Shown: one piece after another, positions 7,844 to 15,221 of the stretch
Numbering within the stretch: position 1 is the first letter of the stretch
How the letters are laid out: every line of letters begins with the position of its first letter
DNA from: Gemmatimonadaceae bacterium
GTDB lineage: Bacteria; Gemmatimonadota; Gemmatimonadetes; Gemmatimonadales; Gemmatimonadaceae
Direction of reading: 5' to 3'
Assembly: GCA_040902005.1 (NCBI GenBank)
Contig: JBBDYA010000058.1
Location: forward strand, 1 to 32,496
Length of the DNA: 32,496 nucleotides
Program-made: the position numbers and the translations under genes
Notes under the pieces: generated by a model
The model's database searches: none
Seen by the model: only the letters and a program-made list of their open reading frames with translations
What the model was told of the DNA's origin: nothing

Positions 7844-9607
7844 TCAACTCTTCTTCCGGACAGGCTTCTTCCTGGCCCGGGCAGCGGTGGGGGGGGGGGC
7901 CGGCAGTTTCTGCTTGCGCGGTCGCTTGGCCTGCACCACCTGGTTGCGTCCCTCGCGCTTCGCCACGTAGAGCGCCTCGTCCGCGGCCGCGATGATGCCG
8001 GCCGCCTCGGACGAATCCTTGGGAAATACCGCGACGCCCACACTGAGCGTGATCGCCCGGCCCGGGAACAGTGTCGCTTCCACCCGCGCGCGAATCCGTT
8101 CAGCCACTTCCATCACCCCGTCGAGCTCTGTCTCGGGCAACAGCACTGCGAACTCCTCCCCGCCGTAGCGGGCGGCACAGTCCACGGTGCGCGTCGCCTC
8201 CATGAGGATGCCGGCCACCTGCTTCAACACGTCGTCTCCCGCGGGATGGCCGAACGCGTCGTTGTATGCCTTGAAGTGGTCCACATCAGCCATGATCACC
8301 GCGAACGGGCGGGCCGTGCGCTTCGAGCGCACGACTTCGTCTCCCAACCGCTGCATCAGCGCGCGGTGATTGCTGAGTCCCGTCAGTCCGTCCGTCACCG
8401 ACAGGCGCTCGAGTTCCTCGTTTTTCGTTCGCAGTTCCTCGTTGGTGGAGGCAAGCTCCTGCCGCTTCTCGCGCAGCCGCGCCACCATGTGATTGAACAC
8501 GGCCGTGAGCGCGTTCACTTCGCCACCGGTTTCCGCGGGCGGCAGGTCCACCTCGAGGTCCCCCATGGCGACTTCCGCGGCGCCGGTGGCCAATTGCTCC
8601 AGCGGCCGCACGATGAGCATGCCCAGGCGATAGGCCGTCATCGCGACCACCAGGAGGACCAGCACCATCACCAGCATCCCGAAGTTGCGGAAGGCCCGCA
8701 CCTGCTCGAACGCGTCGTCCGTGCTCTTTTCGGCGACGACCGCCCAGCGAAGCTGTGGCACACGCTCCAGCGTGCCGATCACGCCGGCGTCGGTGAGACT
8801 CGCGTAATGGACCGCGGCGTGCTCCTGCTGCACGAGCTGTCCCCACGTTTCGGCGGGAAAGGTCGTGGACAGCAACTGGGCGGAGACGTCGCCCGTGCTC
8901 GCGATCAACGCGCCGTCATCCGTGGTCAGGTACACGCTGCCAGCCGTGCCCGCGTTCTCGAGGAAGGAGCGCAACTGCAGCTGGATCGGCGCCAGATTGA
9001 GCTCCGCCGCGAACGCGCCCAGCAGGCGTCCATCCGTCCGTCGCACGGGCACCGCCACGATCAGCTTGCCCTTGCCGGCGCGCGCATCCCAGTACGCGCG
9101 GCCCACGACGTGATTCTCCTGCCGCATGCTGGTCTGCCACTCGGGCGGCAGCTCCACCGGCTGCGATTGCTGCGCGCTGGTCGCCAGCATCCGCCCGGCC
9201 GCGTCCAGGACGACGAGTTGATCGAAATCCGCGAATCGCCCGTGCAGCGAACGCAGATACTCGCGCAACCGCACGCTGGGGATGGACCCCTGCCCGCTCG
9301 CAAACCGACTCAGATTGCTGGAGACTTCCTCGGAGCTGGCGAACACCCGAAGATCGTGCATCCGCTCCTTGACGAACACGCTGACGGCGCCGGCCGTCTG
9401 CGAGCTCTCCGAATGGAGGTCGGCAATGATCCTGCTCTCGAGCGCGCGGTAGTTCTGCGCGTACGCAATGGCCAGCATGATGGCGGTGGGAACCAGCGTC
9501 CCGAGCACCGCGAGCACCAGAATCCTGTGCCTGATGCTATCCAGCCGCGGCACTCGAATCGCGGGAAGGGACTGCAAGCGGAGGTATTGCGAGACTCGTC
9601 TGGCCAC
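7844..9607 (-). CDS. membrane diguanylate cyclase (TM - Cache-like sensor - TM - HAMP - GGDEF)
   Basis: Two TM helices, HAMP (RPLEQL...GEVNALTAVFNHM), DGLTGL, DVDHFK, RYGGEEF active site and RTVD I-site. Confidence 0.93.
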   Translation of the reverse strand: MARRVSQYLRLQSLPAIRVPRLDSIRHRILVLAVLGTLVPTAIMLAIAYAQNYRALESRIIADLHSESSQTAGAVSVFVKERMHDLRVFASSEEVSSNLSRFASGQGSIPSVRLREYLRSLHGRFADFDQLVVLDAAGRMLATSAQQSQPVELPPEWQTSMRQENHVVGRAYWDARAGKGKLIVAVPVRRTDGRLLGAFAAELNLAPIQLQLRSFLENAGTAGSVYLTTDDGALIASTGDVSAQLLSTTFPAETWGQLVQQEHAAVHYASLTDAGVIGTLERVPQLRWAVVAEKSTDDAFEQVRAFRNFGMLVMVLVLLVVAMTAYRLGMLIVRPLEQLATGAAEVAMGDLEVDLPPAETGGEVNALTAVFNHMVARLREKRQELASTNEELRTKNEELERLSVTDGLTGLSNHRALMQRLGDEVVRSKRTARPFAVIMADVDHFKAYNDAFGHPAGDDVLKQVAGILMEATRTVDCAARYGGEEFAVLLPETELDGVMEVAERIRARVEATLFPGRAITLSVGVAVFPKDSSEAAGIIAAADEALYVAKREGRNQVVQAKRPRKQKLPAPPPTAARARKKPVRKKS

Positions 9608-9796
9608 GGCGGCGGCTCATGCTCTGGTGGGAGTTTCCGGCGACCCTGCCGATGTCGCGCACGGGTGATAATAGGACAGACGAGCATGCCCTGCGTCACG
9701 CCCCGGACCCCGGAAGGCATGGCGGGCGCTACAGGGGCCATCAGGCCGGTCCATCGACTAGATTTCAGGCAATCCCACCCTCAGGTAGTTTGCCCC

Positions 9797-10084
9797 ATGA
9801 ATCAGCTGCAGTTCGAAGATGGCGGTCGCACGTTCAGTTGCGTCGCAGAAACCTCCCGCGCAACGCCGGATACCGTGTGGTGGTGGGTCACCGTCTCCGG
9901 TGATGGCCAGCGATACGCCGCCTTTCACAGAGAAAAGGGCGATACGGCCGCAAGCCTGAAGCCGCGCATCCTTGCCTACTACGCGAAAGTGCTTGCGGAC
10001 CGGGCGCGTCCGCCGGAACCGCGTCAGCATTGGGCGCAGAGAAAGGCCGCCAACGCCGCGCAGCCAAAGGCGGCAGAGAGCTGA
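9797..10084 (+). CDS. hypothetical protein (95 aa)
   Basis: 3' end of ORF 8246..10084 lies in an otherwise empty gap; protein-like sequence (FSC...WWWVTVSGDGQRYAAF); TAGTTT 5 nt before the ATG. Confidence 0.7.
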   Translation: MNQLQFEDGGRTFSCVAETSRATPDTVWWWVTVSGDGQRYAAFHREKGDTAASLKPRILAYYAKVLADRARPPEPRQHWAQRKAANAAQPKAAES

Positions 10085-10090
10085 ACTTCC

Positions 10091-12043
10091 CTAGGGGCGC
10101 GGCGGCACAGCCGCGCTGTCCGGCCGGCCCTGTGAATCCGCCCGCGGACGTACCAGTGGAAGGACGGGCGCCGTGATTTGGCGGCGCAGCGCGCTGTCCA
10201 CGGGCGCGACCAGCGTCAGGCCGGTGTCCCGTGGCGACGGACTCACGGGGGAGGGCCGAGCGGTGTCGCGCGCGACCGAGTCGGTGGCCGGCCACGGCTG
10301 GAAGCCAGGCGCGGGGGACACCGGACTCGGCAGCGGATCGTGCGGTTGCGCGGGCGGCGTCTCTGCCGGCGACTGCGGTTGCTCGGTGACCAGCGGCTGG
10401 CGCGGGCGCACGAGTGACAGCGAGTCCACCGAGGTGGTGGGCGTGATGTTCGGCACGACGTACGGCCCGGCAATCGCACCGGCCGCGGAGTCGGTGACTC
10501 TGTTCACGTTTGCCAGTGTCTGCGCGTCCGGCGCCGGCCCGGCCCGGCTGGCGAGCAGGGCCACCGCGGAAACGCCGACCAGCGACGCGACACCCACCAC
10601 GACGAGGCTCATACTCCGCCGGGTCCGGGCCTCCCACATCCTGCGCCACCAGGGATCGCGGTTCACGAGTGGGGGAAGCGCCTCGGCGGCGGCGGCGCCA
10701 GGCACCGGCGCGTCCACGATCTCGTCGTACGGCTGATCCGGCACCGCGACTTCCGCCTCGGTCGCCTCCGGCGCGTACAACTCGTCGAAGTCGGCCGGCG
10801 ACGAATCGATGGCGAGCTCCAGGGCCACCGGCCCGATGACCTCGCGATCCGGTACGGGCAGCTCCGCCGTCTTCTGGAACAGCAGCGTTTGCGCGTCGAG
10901 CGCGGCCAGCTTCTTCGCGATCTGGTCCCTGGCCCTGGCGCTGGTGCGCTCGAACGACGCGCGCTCCCGGGTGAACTGCTCCCGCTCTTTCGCGAGTTTG
11001 GCCTGCTCCCGGGCCAGGGCGCGCTGGTGCTCATCACGCTCCTTCGCCACGGCGCGATGCAGCTCCTCACGTTCCTTCGCGAGCGAGCGCGTGAACGAGT
11101 CCTTCTCCCGCTCGAGCGCCCGGGCAGCAGTCTCCTTCTCCCGCTCGAACGCGCGCGTGAAATCCTCCTTCTCCGTCGCGAAGACCCGCGCCTGCTCGGC
11201 AAGGTCCGATTCGTGGGCCTGTCGCTCCGCACCGAGTTGTTCGCGCGTCGTCCGTTGCTCTTCGGACACTTCCGCCATCACGCGCGCGAGCTCCACCTCG
11301 CCCCGCTTCAGTTCCTCGGACATCGCGATCGCGGCGATGTACTCAGTGACATCGAGGGGTGCCGAGCCGGCGGCCGGATTCAGGAGGGCGTCGGTCTGCT
11401 CGAGCACGCGCGCAGGCAACCCCGGTCGCAGCTCGGCCAGCGGCCGCTTTTCCCGCTCGGGCGCGATGGGACTGCGCGTCAACATGGCACGGGCCACGCG
11501 CACGATGGTAATGCCGTCCTCTTCCGCACCGGGAACTCCGTCGCCCGCCAGTGGAGTCACCGTGAACGCCACGCTCACATTGTCGCTTCCCGGCTCCACG
11601 AAAATCGTGTCCAGTCGCGGCGATCGGTGCACCACCTTCTGCGACCGCGACCACTCGAGCGCCGCGTTGATCTGGCGCAGAATCGCCGCGATGCGCGGGA
11701 AGCCGAACTCCTCATCCCGGCGGGTGAGCAGCTCCTCGAGCGTGGGGGCCGACGTGCGCGCCGTGACGACGGCGAATGCGTCGGTGCCCACCCACCGGCC
11801 CTCGAGCACCCGCAACACATTGCGGTGCGATCGCGAGGCCAGGAGGTTGGCGTCCGCCGCCAGGTGGCTCAGCGCGTTTCCCTCGTCGTCGGGAGGGCTG
11901 GCCGAGACGGTGATCAGCACACCGACGTCGTCGGACTTCCGCTTGCCAAGAAACGTGCGCGCGTCGTCGCGCCCCGACAGCTCGCCCAGGACGTCGTAGT
12001 CGGTGGCGAGCGGGTCCAGATTCAGTGGGTCCTTCGTACTCAT
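10091..12043 (-). CDS. Ser/Thr kinase-like (pseudokinase) membrane protein with coiled coil, one TM helix and Pro-rich C-terminus
   Basis: Kinase scaffold is recognisable (YDVLGEL, SHRNVLRV, TLEELL, ILRQINAALEW, VVHR...IFV) but catalytic residues are replaced; TM near residue 480-500; GGAG before the ATG. Confidence 0.8.
   Translation of the reverse strand: MSTKDPLNLDPLATDYDVLGELSGRDDARTFLGKRKSDDVGVLITVSASPPDDEGNALSHLAADANLLASRSHRNVLRVLEGRWVGTDAFAVVTARTSAPTLEELLTRRDEEFGFPRIAAILRQINAALEWSRSQKVVHRSPRLDTIFVEPGSDNVSVAFTVTPLAGDGVPGAEEDGITIVRVARAMLTRSPIAPEREKRPLAELRPGLPARVLEQTDALLNPAAGSAPLDVTEYIAAIAMSEELKRGEVELARVMAEVSEEQRTTREQLGAERQAHESDLAEQARVFATEKEDFTRAFEREKETAARALEREKDSFTRSLAKEREELHRAVAKERDEHQRALAREQAKLAKEREQFTRERASFERTSARARDQIAKKLAALDAQTLLFQKTAELPVPDREVIGPVALELAIDSSPADFDELYAPEATEAEVAVPDQPYDEIVDAPVPGAAAAEALPPLVNRDPWWRRMWEARTRRSMSLVVVGVASLVGVSAVALLASRAGPAPDAQTLANVNRVTDSAAGAIAGPYVVPNITPTTSVDSLSLVRPRQPLVTEQPQSPAETPPAQPHDPLPSPVSPAPGFQPWPATDSVARDTARPSPVSPSPRDTGLTLVAPVDSALRRQITAPVLPLVRPRADSQGRPDSAAVPPRP
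10988..11185 (-). repeat. six imperfect 33-nt / 11-aa coding repeats (hendecad coiled coil)
   Basis: VFATEKEDFTR / AFEREKETAAR / ALEREKDSFTR / SLAKEREELHR / AVAKERDEHQR / ALAREQAKLAK. Confidence 0.75.
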
Positions 12044-12144
12044 GCAACTACTCCGTCACAGCCGGGAAACTCGCGAAATCAAGGGATGCTACCGTACAGT
12101 CCGTAGTGCGTGATCCGTGCCGCCCGATCACGCTGGCGTGCGAA

Positions 12145-12555
12145 CTAGCGATCGGGAGCTTTCCGGCGCCAGCCATCCCGTATGCGCTCGTAGAGGTACC
12201 ACGCCGAGGGCGGGTGGCGACGCTCGACGCACGCCTGCGTGTCGCAGATGCCGATCGACAGCATCCGCGCGCCGATCCGGATGGCCTCCGGACCGAAGAA
12301 CGCCGCCGCCCGGTCGGCCTGCGCGAGACGCCCGTTGGCGTCGGACGGCGGAATTTGCGTCGTGTACTGCACATCCAGGCGCTTGCCGGGCGTTGGAGAG
12401 GCAGGCCCCCGATCGAACACCGACTGGTGTACGACCGTTACCGTGTCGCCGGCCGCGATCGCGACGACCGCTGGGGCGAGCTGCGCCCCGAGCGACGTCG
12501 TGGAAGCGACGGCGAGGGCAAGCGTGCACAGCTGGAGGACTCGGGTAGGGCGCAT
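12145..12555 (-). CDS. hypothetical secreted protein
   Basis: Signal peptide (LCTLALAVASTTSLGA-Q) and a Cys pair ICDTQAC; best ORF in the gap. Confidence 0.65.
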   Translation of the reverse strand: MRPTRVLQLCTLALAVASTTSLGAQLAPAVVAIAAGDTVTVVHQSVFDRGPASPTPGKRLDVQYTTQIPPSDANGRLAQADRAAAFFGPEAIRIGARMLSIGICDTQACVERRHPPSAWYLYERIRDGWRRKAPDR

Positions 12556-12586
12556 GCCACCTGATGGGGCGATTACCGTGCCCGGA

Positions 12587-12868
12587 TCAGTGCCCCCTGA
12601 GCCAGCCGGCCAGCCCCCCGAGCAGCGGAAACACGAGAAACGACCAGAAGGCGAAAAAGCCGCGCACCACGTCGGTCGCCACCCACTCTTCCGGCGGAAT
12701 CATCCCCGCCGTGGTGCCGACGACGATCGCGATGATATGCCCGATCACTCCGCCCCAGAACGCCTGGCGCCACCGCCTGGACCGGCGACGCATCCGATGT
12801 CCACCCCAGAGGAGCACGACCGGCGCGGCAAAGGTGCCCAGCAACATGACGGCAAGCCCGGTGCTCAT
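12587..12868 (-). CDS. small hypothetical membrane protein (about 3 TM)
   Basis: Three hydrophobic segments; its ATG overlaps the upstream stop (ATGA, 12865-12868). Confidence 0.72.
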   Translation of the reverse strand: MSTGLAVMLLGTFAAPVVLLWGGHRMRRRSRRWRQAFWGGVIGHIIAIVVGTTAGMIPPEEWVATDVVRGFFAFWSFLVFPLLGGLAGWLRGH

Positions 12869-13464
12869 GATGCCGACTCTCCCCCGCCCGGTTCGGCGCC
12901 TGCCGCCGGATCCGTGTGTCGGATCTTTGGAAAGAGCCAGAGCCAATAGCCCGTGATCAGGGTGATCAGCAGTCCGACCGCGGCTGCGTCGCTGAGGAGC
13001 ACCCAGCGACGGCCGAAAATCTCCCCGGAATGGAGTTTCTCGAGGAACACGTCGCCACGGCGGCCCACGTGCAGTACGCGTCCGCTGGACAGGTCGAGGG
13101 TGACCTCCGTCGAAGCCGCGTCGCGAAGCCTGACCTTGATCAGGCCATCACGCGGGCGAACGTCCATGCGATCGACGCGCACGGCGGGATCATCGCCCTC
13201 AGCTGACGGAACCGCCGCCATCGCGAGGCGGGCCAGCTCCGCCAGCGGAAGCGCGCTCGTGAACGGCGCGCTGGAGTCGCGGTCCACCTCGGGCATCAGC
13301 CCCAGCCCGCGCTTGTGGTTGAGGAGGATTCCTGTGACGCAGATGACCGTGAGCGCGATGGTGATGACAATGCCGACCCATAAATGGGTGTAAAACGAGC
13401 CCCGGGTGAGCTTGTGGCGCCGGTCAGGTGCGCGCCGTTTCACAGCGACGGCCTCAGGCGACAC
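12865..13464 (-). CDS. PepSY-associated TM helix domain protein
   Basis: HLWVG...TGILLNHK first TM, PepSY-like loop (EVTLDLSSGRVL), EKLHSG and LITGYWLW. Start uncertain (GTG 13464 or 13443). Confidence 0.85.
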   Translation of the reverse strand: MSPEAVAVKRRAPDRRHKLTRGSFYTHLWVGIVITIALTVICVTGILLNHKRGLGLMPEVDRDSSAPFTSALPLAELARLAMAAVPSAEGDDPAVRVDRMDVRPRDGLIKVRLRDAASTEVTLDLSSGRVLHVGRRGDVFLEKLHSGEIFGRRWVLLSDAAAVGLLITLITGYWLWLFPKIRHTDPAAGAEPGGGESAS

Positions 13465-13604
13465 CGGTCTCGTCCACAGCCAGGAGTTGGCGTCATCCGT
13501 CCAAAGTTACGGGGTACTGAACGCAGCGTACTACATCTGTTTATTGCTCAGCACCGGTGGTAGATTCACGATCTGACTTTTTTTACTTACCGAGGCAAAT
13601 ACGT

Positions 13605-14453
13605 ATGCGCACCAACTTCCGTTCGCTCCGTCTGCTATCAGCTGCACTCTTGATGACGCTTGGAGCGGCGAGCTGCACAGACTCCACCGGTCCGACCGAA
13701 GACGACATCAGGAACGTCATCGCGGCACTCGCGACGTCGGGGGGCACCAGCGCCTCCTTCCACGCGGGCGCGCCACCCGCGGGCGGGTCGGGTCCATCCG
13801 TCAACGTGACAGGCAGCTCGTCGATGATCACGGGTGGCAGTTCGATGAGAAACCTGGCGTCCTCGCAATCGTTCAGCCGCATTATCGTCGCGATTGAAGG
13901 CCTGGACGGCTACTGGGAGGTCACGCTTCCCTCGTCGGTCACGTCGCAGGACATCATCCTGACGCTCGGGCAGGACATCACAGACGGTTCCTTCACGGTG
14001 CAGTACGCCGGGGGCACCAGCGGCGGCGTTGGATCGTTCGACAGCGAGTCCGTGAACGTCGTGAGTGTCGGCACCGGCGATGTTCAGGTCAGCGTCTCCT
14101 GGAACTCCAATGCGGACGTGGACCTGCACGTGGTCGAGCCGAACGGCGAGGAGATCTATTACGGGAATGCGTCATCGGCCTCTGGTGGCAGTCTCGATCT
14201 GGACTCCAACGCGAGCTGCTCGGGCGACAACGTTCGGAACGAGAATGTCACCTGGCCCACGGCTTCTCCGCCGCGGGGCACCTATACCGTGCGCGTGGAC
14301 TATTGGTCAGCGTGCAGCGTGAGTTCCACGAGCTACGTCGTGACGGTTCGCGTCGCGGGCAGCGCTCCCACCACGTTCCAGGGCACCTTTACCGGCAGTG
14401 GCAACGGGGGTGGTGAGGGGGACGGGACGCTCGTTACGACGTTCACGTACTGA
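13605..14453 (+). CDS. lipoprotein with YfaP/DUF2135-like C-terminal domain
   Basis: Lipobox GAASC; GDVQVSVSWNSNADVDLHVVEPNGE...GGSLDLD...ENVTW...GTYTVRVDYW; GAGG before the ATG. Confidence 0.78.
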   Translation: MRTNFRSLRLLSAALLMTLGAASCTDSTGPTEDDIRNVIAALATSGGTSASFHAGAPPAGGSGPSVNVTGSSSMITGGSSMRNLASSQSFSRIIVAIEGLDGYWEVTLPSSVTSQDIILTLGQDITDGSFTVQYAGGTSGGVGSFDSESVNVVSVGTGDVQVSVSWNSNADVDLHVVEPNGEEIYYGNASSASGGSLDLDSNASCSGDNVRNENVTWPTASPPRGTYTVRVDYWSACSVSSTSYVVTVRVAGSAPTTFQGTFTGSGNGGGEGDGTLVTTFTY

Positions 14454-14467
14454 TCCACGCTGTCAGC

Positions 14468-14498
14468 GGGCGCGCGCCGGGCTTCCCGGCGCGCGTCC
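14468..14498. terminator. GC-rich hairpin downstream of the YfaP-like gene
   Basis: GGGCGCGCGCCGGG-CTT-CCCGGCGCGCGTCC; no U-tract, so termination is uncertain. Confidence 0.5.
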
Positions 14499-14612
14499 AG
14501 TGCCGCGCCCGCCAGGGGTGGACCAAATAGTGCCGTGCTGGGTATTATTGTCCTGTGACGACAGACGTCACCCCGCCGTCCTTGGTGTGGTAATCGACCT
14601 CAATTCAGTATT

Positions 14613-15215
14613 TTGCCAGAACAGCAACACGAATCACCGTATAGCGACGCGCCAAAGCCACGGCAGTCCAGCACCCCGCCCGCAGCGTCGCGCGACAGAC
14701 CGGCCCAGTCCACTCGAAAACACTCGGCGGCACCGCCTCCGCGCCAAGCGCGCGCCCGGCACGAGTCCGCCAGCGCCCAGCAGACGCATCCGGCCGCCAA
14801 GCGTCCCCGCCGGCGTCGCCGCAGCGGCAACGGCACGTACCGGCAGCCCGACGAGCTGACCTCGCATCCCATCACGCGCAACGCGTATGTGGAAACGCGC
14901 GAGTGGCTGCTCCGGCAGCATGGCCCCGTATGCGCCTATTGCGGGAACCAGTTTGCCCCGAGTCTCATGACGCTCGACCACGTGGCGCCACGGCGCGGCC
15001 AGACCGCCTACGATCGTCGCGACAACCTGGTCCTCGCCTGTCAGCCCTGCAATGGCGCCAAGCGCGACCTGCCACCGCTGGCGTTCCTCCTGGGCTCGCG
15101 CGCCCGCGCGAAGCATCTCGTGCGGTTCGGCGGGCACCTGAGCCCCGGATTGCTGGACCTCGCGCGGTCGCTGCTGCCCGAGGACTTCGACGAGGATTCG
15201 CCCTACAAGGACTGA
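14613..15215 (+). CDS. HNH endonuclease (Zn-binding type) with disordered basic N-terminus
   Basis: CAYC...TLDHVAP...DNLVLACQPCNGAK. The TTG start is uncertain. Confidence 0.85.
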   Translation: MPEQQHESPYSDAPKPRQSSTPPAASRDRPAQSTRKHSAAPPPRQARARHESASAQQTHPAAKRPRRRRRSGNGTYRQPDELTSHPITRNAYVETREWLLRQHGPVCAYCGNQFAPSLMTLDHVAPRRGQTAYDRRDNLVLACQPCNGAKRDLPPLAFLLGSRARAKHLVRFGGHLSPGLLDLARSLLPEDFDEDSPYKD

Positions 15216-15221
15216 CGCGGA

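Noticed and set aside
14613..15215. IscB/Cas9-like RNA-guided nuclease (Arg-rich stretch plus HNH)
   Set aside because: No PLMP or RuvC motifs, too short, and no transposon ends or evident guide RNA.
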